Positions 31,638 through 42,201 of a stretch of 64,000 nt of DNA are shown one piece after another; the first letter of the stretch is position 1, and the number at the start of each line of letters is the position of its first letter. The DNA lies in contig CAVQFY010000007.1 in NCBI GenBank assembly GCA_963711925.1, positions 349,601 through 413,600 on the forward strand. The letters are read 5' to 3'. A model generated the notes under the pieces. The model saw only the letters and a program-made list of their open reading frames with translations, had not been told where the DNA came from and did not search any database. Made by a program: the position numbers and the translations under genes. Origin of the DNA: an uncultured Alphaproteobacteria bacterium. GTDB taxonomy: Bacteria; Pseudomonadota; Alphaproteobacteria; Rhizobiales; Rhizobiaceae.

Positions 31638-32453
31638 ATGACAAGAATGAATGCCCATAGGCAGTATGCCAGCCGAACGCGAATGCTGGTGCCGCTCGCT
31701 GCACTAGCGCTGATGGGCGCGCATCCGGCGCACGGTGCCCAGTCGTATCAGACAGATTACCGCGTTTCACTCTTCGGATTGTCGATAGCCAAGGCAAGTT
31801 TTTCAACCAGCGTCACAGATGATCGCGCTTACAAAGTTGTCGGGTCTCTTGCCAGCTCGGGGCTGGGTAGCCTTTTCGATGACACCAACGGCAAGCTGGA
31901 CGTTACCGGTCAGTTTGCCGAGACCGGGCCCGTACCGAATTCCTATGTTGTCAAATACCGGCATGGTAACCGAAACAAGAGCACGTCGATCGCCTTTACC
32001 AACGGCAATGTGACGAATACCACCAACGATCCGCCGATCAACAGGAAGAAGAACTGGGTGGATCTGAAACCTGCCGACCTCCAGTCGGTTGCCGATCCGA
32101 TTTCCGGCGTGATGGTGGCAGCAAGCAGCCTCGACCAGGTCTGCAAGCAGACCTTGCATCTCTATGATGGCCAGACACGCGTGGATTTGAAACTTTCTCC
32201 ATCGGGCAGGGCGCAGCCCTTTGCGACCGAGGGTTTCAAGGGCGATGCCATTACCTGTTTGGCCAAATTCGTCCCGATCGCTGGCTATCAGTCAGGGCGA
32301 AAAGCTATCGAATATCTGAAGAACTCTAGCAAGATCAGTCTCACCTTTGCATCGCTCGGCAAGTCCGCTATCTATTCACCTGTGCAAGCGAAAATCGGCA
32401 CGCAGATCGGTACGGTGACTGTTTACGCAACCCGTTTCGAAAAGACGCAATAG
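31638..32453 (+). CDS. DUF3108 domain protein
   Basis: Signal-like segment, YDGQTRVDL, TCLAKFVPIAGY; start uncertain. Confidence 0.75.
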   Translation: MTRMNAHRQYASRTRMLVPLAALALMGAHPAHGAQSYQTDYRVSLFGLSIAKASFSTSVTDDRAYKVVGSLASSGLGSLFDDTNGKLDVTGQFAETGPVPNSYVVKYRHGNRNKSTSIAFTNGNVTNTTNDPPINRKKNWVDLKPADLQSVADPISGVMVAASSLDQVCKQTLHLYDGQTRVDLKLSPSGRAQPFATEGFKGDAITCLAKFVPIAGYQSGRKAIEYLKNSSKISLTFASLGKSAIYSPVQAKIGTQIGTVTVYATRFEKTQ

Positions 32454-32489
32454 ACGCGGCAGGGGCCGTCTTCGAATCCGGGGTGCTTT

Positions 32490-33383
32490 TTGGCTACATT
32501 TGTTGGTTTCCTTGCGATCATCATGTGGGCGATGCTCGCGCTTTTCACTGATGTGTCGGGTAAGGTTCCGCCATTTCAGTTGACCGCGATGACGTTCGCC
32601 ATCGGTGCGAGCCTTGGGTTGATCTCTTGGCTGTGGCGACCGGGTGCTGCGCGACATCTGCGCCAGCCCGCAAAGGTCTGGTTGCTCGGCGTTGTCGGGC
32701 TCTTCGGCTACCACTTCCTCTATTTTACGGCACTACGCAACGCTCCAGCTGTCGACGCCAGCCTTATCGCCTATCTCTGGCCGCTTTTCATCGTTGTGGG
32801 ATCTGCTCTGATGCCGGGTGAAAAGCTACGCTGGTTTCATATTCTAGGCACGTTGTTGGGCCTAGCTGGAACTGTGCTGATCATAACCAAAGGTGGCGGC
32901 CTCGGCTTCGATCCGCAATTTGGCTTCGGCTACGCCATGGCTGGCCTCTGCGCACTGACATGGGCCGCCTATTCGCTGCTTTCACGGCGTTTTGCCAGTG
33001 TGCCAACGGATGCTGTGACAGGCTTTTGCATAGCAACGTCAATACTTTCACTGATTTCGCACCTGCTCCTTGAGCAGACGGTGTGGCCGGATGGACTCGT
33101 CCAGTGGCTCGCCGTCCTTGGGCTTGGGCTATTCCCGGTTGGTGCGGCTTTCTATGTCTGGGACTATGGCGTCAAACATGGAAATATCCAGGTGCTCGGT
33201 GCGTCGAGCTATGCCGCGCCGCTGCTTTCAACGCTTGTGCTGATCATCGCCGGGGTTACGGAGCCAACAGGACGTGTGATGCTCGCATGCCTCTTGATCA
33301 CGCTGGGCGCGGTTATCGCAGCAAAGGACATGCTCTTTAGACGCCGTCAGGGCTCCCAGCCAGGTTCCGCCATTTCGAACTGA
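32490..33383 (+). CDS. DMT/EamA exporter (YddG-like)
   Basis: Ten hydrophobic segments, ASLIAYLWP, WDYGVKHG, SYAAPLLST; TTG start. Confidence 0.85.
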   Translation: MATFVGFLAIIMWAMLALFTDVSGKVPPFQLTAMTFAIGASLGLISWLWRPGAARHLRQPAKVWLLGVVGLFGYHFLYFTALRNAPAVDASLIAYLWPLFIVVGSALMPGEKLRWFHILGTLLGLAGTVLIITKGGGLGFDPQFGFGYAMAGLCALTWAAYSLLSRRFASVPTDAVTGFCIATSILSLISHLLLEQTVWPDGLVQWLAVLGLGLFPVGAAFYVWDYGVKHGNIQVLGASSYAAPLLSTLVLIIAGVTEPTGRVMLACLLITLGAVIAAKDMLFRRRQGSQPGSAISN

Positions 33384-33781
33384 GCGAAATCAAATCCTGG
33401 TGCTACGGTGCACCCGACAAGTGTCCACGCGCCAAGGCTCTTTGCCATTTGCCATTGTCCTGCCGGAACAATGGCTTGCGGGCGCTGCCCATTGGCAAGG
33501 TCAAGTCCAAGCGCATGGGTTTCGTGCGGTGAGCCCGCAGTCGCCACGGTCAAAAGCAGTGGTGCGCCACCATACCAGTGCCAGACTTCGGCAGCATCCT
33601 TGACGCGGTGCCAGGCTGAAATTTGGCCTTCCTCAAGCAGAAAGTAGATGGCCGTCGAGTGCCCGCGCCCGCCTTCTGGCCATTCACCCTGGTTGTCCCG
33701 GAAAGTCTGGACATAGAAGCCGCCTTCCGGATGCGGCTGAAGCCCGAGGTGCCCGCGAATCTCGCCTGCTGTCAACACCAT
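33347..33781 (-). CDS. Cupin DUF985 family protein
   Basis: LQPHPEGGFY, STAIYFLL, EVWHWY, GCTVAPGFDF. Confidence 0.9.
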   Translation of the reverse strand: MVLTAGEIRGHLGLQPHPEGGFYVQTFRDNQGEWPEGGRGHSTAIYFLLEEGQISAWHRVKDAAEVWHWYGGAPLLLTVATAGSPHETHALGLDLANGQRPQAIVPAGQWQMAKSLGAWTLVGCTVAPGFDFAQFEMAEPGWEP

Positions 33782-34551
33782 CAGAAATTGTCCTTGCGCT
33801 TGCGGATTTCAGCGAAAACCGCCTCATCGGTCGCGCTTTCCATCTTGAGGTTTTTGCGGATCGCCGGGTCATGCCAGCGAAGAAACGGATTGGTCGCCAT
33901 CTCGCGCATGAGCGTTGATGGCAAGGTCGGCAAGTCTGCCTCCCGCAAAGTCTTGATTTCCTTGGCCCGCTCCTTGAGCGCCGAGTTTTCCGGGTCGATA
34001 GTCAGGGCAAAACGTGCATTGCTCTCGCTATATTCGTGGCCGCAATAGATTTCCGTTTCACCCGGCAGTCCGATCAACCGCTGCAACGACTTGAACATGG
34101 TTGCAGGCGTTCCTTCGAAAAGCCGCCCGCAGCCGAGCGAAAACAGGGTGTCGCCGGTAAACGCGACCTTGGCGGCAGGGATATGAAAGGAGATTTCGCC
34201 CGCGGTGTGCCCCGGCGTGGAAATGACCTCCACCTCGAAATTGCCGAACTTGAACCGTTCGCCGTGACGGACGCCGCGGTCAATACCCGGTATTTTCGAC
34301 TTTTCGTCTTCCGGGCCAATAATTTCCACGCCAAATCGTTTCTTCAGCGCCAGATTGGCTTCCACGTGATCCGTATGGTGATGCGTGGTGAAAACATGCG
34401 TTAGTTTCCAGCCGCGGCGCTTGAGCGCGTCAAGAATCGGCTGTTCCTCCGGGGCATCGATTGACGCGGTCAGGCCGGTTTCAGGATCATGGATCAGCAC
34501 GCCGAAATTATCGCTGCGGGCGGTGAATTGTTCTATCTGCAATTGGGGCAT
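33781..34551 (-). CDS. gloB: Hydroxyacylglutathione hydrolase (glyoxalase II)
   Basis: THHHTDH, TPGHT, FTGDTLFSLGCGRLFE, CGHEY, TNPFLR. Confidence 0.95.
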   Translation of the reverse strand: MPQLQIEQFTARSDNFGVLIHDPETGLTASIDAPEEQPILDALKRRGWKLTHVFTTHHHTDHVEANLALKKRFGVEIIGPEDEKSKIPGIDRGVRHGERFKFGNFEVEVISTPGHTAGEISFHIPAAKVAFTGDTLFSLGCGRLFEGTPATMFKSLQRLIGLPGETEIYCGHEYSESNARFALTIDPENSALKERAKEIKTLREADLPTLPSTLMREMATNPFLRWHDPAIRKNLKMESATDEAVFAEIRKRKDNF

Positions 34552-34661
34552 GGTTGTTCTCTTCATTCTTTGTTTGGCAAAGGATAGCTCTCCCAAACAC
34601 AGACCCGCAACCCATCTCAGCCATTTCTTGATGTTCTCATCTTCCATGTTACGTTGCGGCC

Positions 34662-35402
34662 ATGCATCTCGACATCATCGATCTTCGCTCGTTTTACGCT
34701 TCAACGCTCGGCCATCTGACCGAGCGCTCCATTACGATGGCCTTGGTGCCGATTTGGCCGAAGCTGCCGGGCGAGCGGCTGGTTGGTCTCGGCTATGCCG
34801 TACCTTACCTCGACAGGTTCCGCGGCGATACGGAACGCACCTTCGCCTTCATGCCGGCCGGGCAGGGCGCCGCCAGCTGGCCACCGGCCGAGGCGTCCGC
34901 TACAGCGTTGATATTTGAGGAGGATTTGCCTCTACCCGAATCCTCGGTGGACAGAATATTGATGGTACATGCGCTGGAACATGCGGAAGATCCACGCGAA
35001 ACATTGAAGGAAATGTGGCGTGTTCTCGCGCCCAACGGCCGGCTGGTCATCGTCGTTCCGAACCGGCGCGGGCTATGGGCGAGGTTCGAACATACGCCGT
35101 TTGGCAGCGGCCGCCCCTATAGTCGAGGTCAGCTGACGCGCCTCCTGAGGGAGGCAAACTTCACGCCCGGACCGTGGGGCGAAGCTCTGTTCTTCCCGCC
35201 ATCGTCGCGAAAAGCGATGATGCGGCTTTCCTCATTGTTTGAACGGGTAGGTCGCCGGTTTTGGCCGATGTTCTCTGGCGTATTGATCGTTGAGGCGCAA
35301 AAACGCATCTATCAGGGGCTGCCCGTTGCCAAGCGTGCGTCGCGGCGTGTGTTCGTACCGGTGCTCTCACCGCAAGGCACGGCAAGCGCCAGTTCGCGTT
35401 AG
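34662..35402 (+). CDS. Class I SAM-dependent methyltransferase
   Basis: VGLGYAVPYL, VDRILMVHALE, RVLAPNG; divergent from gloB. Confidence 0.85.
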   Translation: MHLDIIDLRSFYASTLGHLTERSITMALVPIWPKLPGERLVGLGYAVPYLDRFRGDTERTFAFMPAGQGAASWPPAEASATALIFEEDLPLPESSVDRILMVHALEHAEDPRETLKEMWRVLAPNGRLVIVVPNRRGLWARFEHTPFGSGRPYSRGQLTRLLREANFTPGPWGEALFFPPSSRKAMMRLSSLFERVGRRFWPMFSGVLIVEAQKRIYQGLPVAKRASRRVFVPVLSPQGTASASSR

Positions 35403-35522
35403 CACAATCAAATTACCCGCATTGATTGAAATTCTTGCGGCGGAATCGATGATTCTTGCACCGGAATCGCGACTCTTTGTGCACGATTCGAGGATTCTTG
35501 CGCAAATCCTGTTCAGGGTTCG

Positions 35523-36137
35523 CTAGCGTTTGAGCAAAAACACAGCCTGCTGGCCGAAGAGGTTCCAGAATCCCCATGGCATGTTGAATCCGAGGCGCTC
35601 TCCCAAGGCATTCAGCGCGACGGCCGACTCGACCACTGCGCCGACTTCCTTGGTCATGTCGACAAAATCATTGATCGTGCAGAAGTGGATATTCGGGGTG
35701 TCGTACCAGCTATAAGGCAGGTCTTTGGTTACGGGCATGCGACCGTTGATGGCGAGGGAGGTACGGACCCGCCAATGCCCGAAATTGGGAAATGACACGA
35801 TGGCCTTTTCGCCGATGCGCAGAAGTTCGGTGAGGACATTCTTCGGGTTGCGGGTCGCCTGCAAGGTCTGCGACAGGATCACATAATCGAAACCGCCATC
35901 CGGATAATATTTGAGATCGCTGTCGGCATCGCCCTGGATCACCGACAGGCCGCGCGCGACCGATTCGTTGACACCCTTTTGCGAGAGCTCGACGCCGCGC
36001 CCATCTACATCCTTGGTGTTCTGCAAAAGCTCCAGCAGTTCGCCATCGCCGCAGCCGACGTCGAGTACGCGCGAGCCGGGCTCGACCAGCGAAGCGATGA
36101 CGGCGAAATCGACGCGCGGGTGGACGTTTACACTCAT
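35523..36137 (-). CDS. metW: Methionine biosynthesis protein MetW
   Basis: [35 protein letters not shown]. Confidence 0.93.
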   Translation of the reverse strand: MSVNVHPRVDFAVIASLVEPGSRVLDVGCGDGELLELLQNTKDVDGRGVELSQKGVNESVARGLSVIQGDADSDLKYYPDGGFDYVILSQTLQATRNPKNVLTELLRIGEKAIVSFPNFGHWRVRTSLAINGRMPVTKDLPYSWYDTPNIHFCTINDFVDMTKEVGAVVESAVALNALGERLGFNMPWGFWNLFGQQAVFLLKR

Positions 36138-37322
36138 GACGGCAAAAGCCCCCTGGCGCGGGCAGCAGAGCGGATGAATCCGGTAATAGTGGAGAACATT
36201 TCCGGCTCATCGAGCAAAAATGAATCGTGGCCTCGATCCGACTCGATCTCGACGAAGGACACCGACGCGCCTGCTGCATTCAGCGCATGGGCGACCATCC
36301 GGCTTTCGCTGGTCGGGAACAGCCAGTCACTGGTGAATGAGACAATGCAGAACCGGGTTTTCGATCCGGCGAAGGCATCTGCAAGGCGGCCGCCATGTTC
36401 GGCCGCCAGATCGAAGTAATCCATCGCCCGTGTCATATAGAGATAGGAATTCGGGTCGAAACGCTCGACGAATGTCGTGCCCTGATGGCGCAGATAACTT
36501 TCGATCTGGAAATCCGCGTCGAAGCCGAAGGTCACGTTTCTGCCGATCCTGCAGATTGCGTCCGAACTTGTTGTGCAAGGCGGTCTCGGACAGATAGGTG
36601 ATATGCGCCGCCATGCGGGCGACCGAAAGACCCTTGCGCGGGACAGTGCCGGCTTCGAGATAGCGGCCTTCCTTCCAGTCGGGATCAGCCATGACCGCCT
36701 GACGGCCCACTTCATGGAAGGCGATATTCTGCGACGAGTGGCGCGCACCGGTCGCGATCGCCACGGCCGCAAACACCTTGTCGGAATGGCTCGACGCCCA
36801 TTCCAGCACCTGCATGCCGCCCATGGATCCGCCGATCACGGCAAAAAGCTGTTTGATGCCCAAATGCTCGATGAGCATCGCCTGGGCACGCACCATGTCG
36901 GCGATCGTGATGATCGGAAGATCCAGTGCATAGGCCTTGCCGGTTTCGGGATTGATCGAGGCCGGGCCTGTCGAGCCAAGGCAACCCCCGAGCACATTGG
37001 AACAGAGCACGAAATAGCGGTCCGTATCGATGGGCTTGCCCGGACCAATGAGCAACTCCCACCAGCCGGGCTTGCCGGTTACCGGATGGACATTGGCGAC
37101 ATGCTGATCGCCGGTCAGCGCATGGCAGACGAGAATTGCGTTGGACTTGTCGGCGTTGAGTTCACCATAGGACTGATAGGCGATACGAAACGGCGAAAGC
37201 GATACACCGCTATCCAGGTGCAACGGCTTGTCGGCGCCAAAATCCACCACCGGACTGTGGGGATTTGTCGCTTCCTGGCTTTGCTGGACTTTTTTAGCGG
37301 ATGGTCGGCTGATTTTCGTCAT
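36134..37322 (-). CDS. metX: Homoserine O-acetyltransferase, apparent +1 frameshift near 36537-36539
   Basis: [16 protein letters not shown] in one frame; [19 protein letters not shown] in next; removing one base restores DRQNVTFGF. Confidence 0.9.
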
Positions 37323-37353
37323 GTCTGCGCAATTGAGGGCGTGATCGCGCGTA

Positions 37354-37382
37354 GGTATGGTCGCAGTTCGCGCAAAGTCAAG
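37354..37382 (-). promoter_or_regulatory. Probable sigma70 promoter of metXW
   Basis: Minus strand CTTGAC-N16-CCATAC close to start codon. Confidence 0.5.
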
Positions 37383-37454
37383 TTGTTCTCGACATTGGCC
37401 CCATTGGCAGTTATGTCCGCACGGTGCTTTTGCCCGTTACGGACTCGAACAATT

Positions 37455-38561
37455 ATGACAACGACACGACAAGACATGCGCCCAACTCCGAAAGCCGGTG
37501 TGCTCGATATTGCCGCCTATGTGCCTGGCAAGCACAGCGCTCCCGGTGTTGAGAAGGTGCATAAGCTGTCGTCGAACGAGACGCCGCTCGGTGCCAGCAA
37601 GCATGCGATGGAGGCCTATCGCGCTGCGGTGGAGCAACTGGAGATGTATCCCGATGGTCAGGCGACCCTGCTGAAGCGGGCTATCGCCGATATCCACGGT
37701 CTGAACGTCGATAATATCATGTGCGGCAATGGTTCGGACGAATTGCTCGGCCTGTTGTGCCAGGCCTACCTCGCTGCAGGCGATGAGGCTGTCTACACCG
37801 AGCATGGCTTCGGCATTTACAAGATCGCCACCATGGCTGCGGGTGGCGTGCCGGTCGTTGCCAGCGAACAGAACGAGCAAGCCGATGTCGATGCGATTTT
37901 GCGTGTCGTCACGCCGCGCACCAAGATCGTATTTCTGGCAAATCCAAACAATCCGACAGGCACCTATCTGCCCTTCGAAGAGGTTCGCCGACTGCATGCC
38001 GGACTGCCGAAGAACGTAATGCTGGTGCTCGACGCCGCCTATGCGGAATATGTTCGCCGCAACGACTATGAGTCAGGCGTCGAACTGGTGTCGTCGTCCG
38101 AGAACGTCGTGATGACCCGCACTTTTTCGAAGATATACGGCCTTGCCGCTTTGCGCATTGGCTGGATGTTTGCGCCCGCCCATATCATCGATGCAACGAA
38201 CCGCATCCGTGGCCCGTTCAACCTGAACTCCGCGGCCATCGTTGCGGGTGCTGCGGCCATACGCGACCGCGCGCATCTCAACGATGCGGTGGCTTTCAAC
38301 GAGAAGTGGCTGCCCTGGCTGACCGAACAATTGACCGGGCTCGGGCTTCGGGTCACGCCGTCGGTCGGAAATTTCCTTCTCGTACACTTTCCCGATGACA
38401 AGGCGAAATCGGCGGAGAAGGCGGACGCTTACCTCACGAGCAAAGGCTATATTTTGCGCCGCGTCACGGGATACGGATTTCCGAACGCGTTGCGCCTTTC
38501 CATTGGATCCGAAGAAGCCAATCGCGGCGTAGTCGCTGCACTCTCCGAATTCCTGAAGTAA
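37455..38561 (+). CDS. hisC: Histidinol-phosphate aminotransferase
   Basis: [42 protein letters not shown]. Confidence 0.95.
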   Translation: MTTTRQDMRPTPKAGVLDIAAYVPGKHSAPGVEKVHKLSSNETPLGASKHAMEAYRAAVEQLEMYPDGQATLLKRAIADIHGLNVDNIMCGNGSDELLGLLCQAYLAAGDEAVYTEHGFGIYKIATMAAGGVPVVASEQNEQADVDAILRVVTPRTKIVFLANPNNPTGTYLPFEEVRRLHAGLPKNVMLVLDAAYAEYVRRNDYESGVELVSSSENVVMTRTFSKIYGLAALRIGWMFAPAHIIDATNRIRGPFNLNSAAIVAGAAAIRDRAHLNDAVAFNEKWLPWLTEQLTGLGLRVTPSVGNFLLVHFPDDKAKSAEKADAYLTSKGYILRRVTGYGFPNALRLSIGSEEANRGVVAALSEFLK

Positions 38562-38565
38562 GAAA

Positions 38566-39501
38566 ATGTCCAACGTTCATTTTAATACAATCGCACTGAT
38601 CGGCATCGGCCTCATCGGTTCGTCGCTGGCGCGCGTCATCAAGCGCGAGGGCCTTGCCGACAAGATCGTCATCTCCACCCGCAGCCAAGCCACACTGGCT
38701 CGGGCCAAAGAGCTTGGCCTCGGCGATAGCTATACACTCGACAGCGCAGAGGCGGTGAAGAACGCCGATCTCGTTATCGTTTCAGTGCCTGTGGGTTCGT
38801 CAGGCGAAGTTGCCCGGCAGATCGCCGCTTCGCTGAAGCCCGGCGCGATCGTGACCGATGTCGGTTCGACCAAGGGCTCGGTGATTGCGCAGATGCAGCC
38901 GGAACTCCCCGCGAATGTGCATTTCATTCCGGGACATCCGCTCGCAGGAACGGAGTATTCCGGCCCCGATGCCGGGTTTGCCGATCTGTTCATCAACCGC
39001 TGGTGCATTCTCACGCCGCTCGAAGGCACGGACCCGGACGCTATCGCGAAGCTGACAAGGTTCTGGGAAGCCTGCGGTTCGCGGCTCGACACGATGGATC
39101 CGTTGCATCACGACCGCGTGCTGGCCATCGTGTCTCACCTGCCGCACCTCATTGCCTACAATATCGTCGGCACGGCGAGCGATCTGGAAGAAGTGACGAA
39201 CTCCGAAGTCATCAAATATTCGGCTTCGGGTTTTCGCGATTTCACGCGTCTGGCCGCATCTGATCCCACCATGTGGCGCGATGTCTGCCTGCACAACAAG
39301 GACGCCATCCTTGAAATGCTGTCGCGGTTTTCCGAGGACCTCGCCTCGTTGCAGCGATCGGTTCGCTGGGGCGATGGCGATGCGCTGTTCGATCTTTTCA
39401 CGCGGACACGTGCCGTCCGCCGCGGTATCATCGATGCCGGTCAGGAAGTGGATGCTCCGGACTTTGGACGGCAGAAGGCAGGACAGAGCTCAACGCAATA
39501 G
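38566..39501 (+). CDS. tyrA: Prephenate/arogenate (cyclohexadienyl) dehydrogenase
   Basis: GIGLIGSS, TDVGSTK, GHPLAGTE, SHLPH, GFRDFTRLA. Confidence 0.92.
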   Translation: MSNVHFNTIALIGIGLIGSSLARVIKREGLADKIVISTRSQATLARAKELGLGDSYTLDSAEAVKNADLVIVSVPVGSSGEVARQIAASLKPGAIVTDVGSTKGSVIAQMQPELPANVHFIPGHPLAGTEYSGPDAGFADLFINRWCILTPLEGTDPDAIAKLTRFWEACGSRLDTMDPLHHDRVLAIVSHLPHLIAYNIVGTASDLEEVTNSEVIKYSASGFRDFTRLAASDPTMWRDVCLHNKDAILEMLSRFSEDLASLQRSVRWGDGDALFDLFTRTRAVRRGIIDAGQEVDAPDFGRQKAGQSSTQ

Positions 39502-39520
39502 TCGTGAGAGGCGATGCCGA

Positions 39521-39701
39521 TTATCTCCCCCCTTGTGGGGGAGAAAGTGATTTCAGCATCTTAGCACTTGCTAAGTGCTAGAAATCACAAGAGAGGGGAT
39601 TGTTCTGGGGTCAAAAAATCCCCTCACTTGGATTTTCCAAGGATTTAGCAAAGAAGGCTAAATCCAGGAAAATCCTTTCTCTCCCACAAGGGGAGAGATA
39701 A
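39521..39701. repeat. Repeat family A copy 1 (181 bp REPIN/MITE-like)
   Basis: Inverted ends TTATCTCCCCCCTTGTGGGGGAGAAAG...CTTTCTCTCCCACAAGGGGAGAGATAA with three internal hairpins; matches three other copies. Confidence 0.95.
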
Positions 39702-39744
39702 GAGCGGATCCGTCCGCGTGTAATGTGCGACGTTCAACTTACAA

Positions 39745-40788
39745 TTACAGCGCAGGCAATCGTCCGATACCGATAAAGCCAACCGACATTTTGCCGTTCT
39801 TCACCGTAATGGGAAGTGTCGGCGCGCCACTCGCGTCTTTCGGAACGAACGCCATCGCTTGAACAACGGTCGAAATCGTATTGCCTGCTTCAGGGAAGAT
39901 GCCCTGCATGACTTTGGCGACACCTTCCGGATTGCGCATCGTCACCTTGAAATCGCCGCTGATGCGTCCGTCATCGGCGACGGAAAACGGACCGGAAATC
40001 GCAATCCCGCTGCCATCCTCGAAGGACAGTTCGACTTTGCGCAGCGTTCCCGTCTGGCCGCGCAGAACCGACAGGTCACGCTCGGGTTTTGCCAGAAGCG
40101 CGAAACCATTGGCAAGCTGGACATCGGCAGCTCCCGTCAACTCCGGCAATGGCCTGTCGAGGACGATATTGTCGGCGATCTTCAGCTTGTCGAAGGATAG
40201 TGCGATATCCATCTGCGGTTGAGCGGTGTTGAACTCAAGTTTCCCGGTCTGCATGACGGCGAGGGGAACAGGATTGCTCACATTCCCGCGCTCGGTGACC
40301 ATGACATTGCTGCCTTCGATCGACAGTTGTTTCGGAAGCGGTTTGTCGAGCCGGACGCTCGTGGCGAGATTTTCCCATTTCACGTCGAGAGGCGGAGCAC
40401 CGGGCACGTCGACCGCGGCAGGGCCTTCGACGCTGCTAACGATTTTTAGCGGGTCGTAGACTTGTGCCGCGGAACGAAAGCTGCCGGCGGTGATGGATAT
40501 GTTCTTGGCCTGGTCGACCCAGCCGACTTTCGAGCAGTCGAGACCAACGCGCAAAGGATAGCCGCTCGCCCTGGCGTTTTCGCAGGTGGCATCGATACCC
40601 TGCTGCTTGAACGCTGCAATGTTCGTTGCGACCCGGCTCTCGAGCTGATTGGCCAGATAGTACCAGCCGCCGGTGTAGATCACGCCGGCAAGGATAATCA
40701 GTGCGCCGATGATGATCGGAAGTCTCGAAGGCTTGCGGCTCTTTTCGGCAGTGCTTGACGGCATGGGGCGGGTCTCGCTATCGGTCAC
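39745..40788 (-). CDS. DUF2125 domain protein
   Basis: N-terminal TM then GYPLRVGLDC, SFRSAAQVYDP; usual neighbour of chaC/tyrA. Confidence 0.8.
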   Translation of the reverse strand: MTDSETRPMPSSTAEKSRKPSRLPIIIGALIILAGVIYTGGWYYLANQLESRVATNIAAFKQQGIDATCENARASGYPLRVGLDCSKVGWVDQAKNISITAGSFRSAAQVYDPLKIVSSVEGPAAVDVPGAPPLDVKWENLATSVRLDKPLPKQLSIEGSNVMVTERGNVSNPVPLAVMQTGKLEFNTAQPQMDIALSFDKLKIADNIVLDRPLPELTGAADVQLANGFALLAKPERDLSVLRGQTGTLRKVELSFEDGSGIAISGPFSVADDGRISGDFKVTMRNPEGVAKVMQGIFPEAGNTISTVVQAMAFVPKDASGAPTLPITVKNGKMSVGFIGIGRLPAL

Positions 40789-40826
40789 GGGAAGATATTC
40801 AATGAGATCGAGCTATCAGGACGGAT

Positions 40827-41345
40827 ATGGGCGATTTTTGGGTCTTTGGCTACGGCTCTCTGATGTGGAAGCCGGGCTTTGCACATGTGGAGACCTTGCA
40901 CGCCCGGCTGCACGGCTATCGAAGGGCGCTATGTGTCCGCTCCTATGTGCATCGCGGGACGCCGGAGCGGCCAGGGCTGGTGCTCGGCCTTGATCGCGGC
41001 GGATCCTGCCTCGGAATGGCGTTTCGCGTGCCTGGCGATCTCGAGGACGAGGTCGTCGCCTATCTGCGGGCGCGTGAACTGGTCACGCATGTCTATCTCG
41101 AACGACGGCTGGGCATACGGCTCGAAGACGGACGCAAGGTCGAGGCGCTGACCTATATCGTCGACCGCAACCATGTTCAGTATGCGGGCAGGCTTTCCGT
41201 GAGCGAAGCTGCGACGGCTGTGCGCGGCTCAGTGGGTCAATCGGGCCGCAATGAAGACTATGTGCACAGTACGCTCGAGCACATGCACAAGATGAAGATC
41301 CGCGACCACTGGATGGAGGCGGTCGTCGCCGCGGTTGATCGCTAG
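40827..41345 (+). CDS. Gamma-glutamylcyclotransferase (ChaC-like)
   Basis: WVFGYGSLMW, HRGTPERPGLVLGL, LRARE. Confidence 0.92.
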   Translation: MGDFWVFGYGSLMWKPGFAHVETLHARLHGYRRALCVRSYVHRGTPERPGLVLGLDRGGSCLGMAFRVPGDLEDEVVAYLRARELVTHVYLERRLGIRLEDGRKVEALTYIVDRNHVQYAGRLSVSEAATAVRGSVGQSGRNEDYVHSTLEHMHKMKIRDHWMEAVVAAVDR

Positions 41346-41348
41346 GGT

Positions 41349-41468
41349 AGTTCACGCCATGGCGGCCTGCAAACGGCGTTTTTCTGCACTCCGGTGCTCA
41401 CGTACCTCAAAGTACGCTGCGCTCCGGTGCTCGAAAACCACCGTTTTCGCCTCGCCCTGACGTGAATC
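41349..41468. repeat. Repeat family B copy 1 (120 bp, CIR/Bru-RS/RIME-like)
   Basis: TTCACG...CGTGAATC ends, internal direct repeat CTGCRCTCCGGTGCTC flanking CGTAC-N6-GTACG. Confidence 0.9.
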
Positions 41469-41485
41469 CAGACAGGCCCTGCAGC

Positions 41486-42166
41486 CTACAGGCCGGTCGC
41501 TGTATCGACAAAACGGGCGGCGTCATCGCTGGACCAGTCGGCCGGACCGTTCATAGCGGCAATCTGGCAGCCTTCCTTGTCGACAAGCATTGTGACCGGC
41601 AGACCGAAAGCGAGGTTCTTGCGCTTCAGATCGTTGAATACGCCCATCGATGGATCGCGATAGAGCTGCAGCGACTTGACGCCGATCTCGCTCAGGAACG
41701 CCTTCGGCTTCTCGTCGTCGCCCGTATCGATGTTGATGGTCACGACCTGGAAATTGTCGCCGCCCTTCTTCGTCTCCAGCGCATCGAGGGCCGGCATTTC
41801 CTCGCGGCATGGCACGCACCACGTTGCCCACAGATTGACGAGAAGCGTCTTGCCTTTGAAATCGCCGAGGCGGGCAGGCTTTCCATCGGGAGCGGTGAAA
41901 GTCAAAGCCGACATGGATTGAGGTGAATCCGCACCGCGCATGGCCGCAACGGCACCGACGGCGGCCCCGTCTATCTTCTTGGCATCCGCGGTTTTCAAAG
42001 CGCATTGATCGGCGGACGGGTTTGTGCCGGCGACAATATTGCCAGAAGGCCGTTCCATCACGTATACCGCAACCGCACCGGCAAGAATGCCTGCGAGAGC
42101 TGCAGACAGGATGATCTTCCTGCTGTTGTCGCGTGGCGTTTTCTGCGTTTCGTTGCCGTCCGTCAT
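41486..42166 (-). CDS. tlpA: TlpA-family thiol:disulfide oxidoreductase
   Basis: [22 protein letters not shown]-terminal TM anchor. Confidence 0.9.
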   Translation of the reverse strand: MTDGNETQKTPRDNSRKIILSAALAGILAGAVAVYVMERPSGNIVAGTNPSADQCALKTADAKKIDGAAVGAVAAMRGADSPQSMSALTFTAPDGKPARLGDFKGKTLLVNLWATWCVPCREEMPALDALETKKGGDNFQVVTINIDTGDDEKPKAFLSEIGVKSLQLYRDPSMGVFNDLKRKNLAFGLPVTMLVDKEGCQIAAMNGPADWSSDDAARFVDTATGL

Positions 42167-42201
42167 TTTACTCTTCTCGCTTCTCACCCAAGGCGCTACC
42201 C

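Noticed and set aside
37323-37454. SAM-II riboswitch upstream of metX
   Set aside because: The promoter-like motif leaves only ~30 nt of leader and no SAM-II consensus was found.
36573-37454. N-terminal 294-aa extension of hisC ORF
   Set aside because: It is antisense to metX; the real start is ATG 37455.
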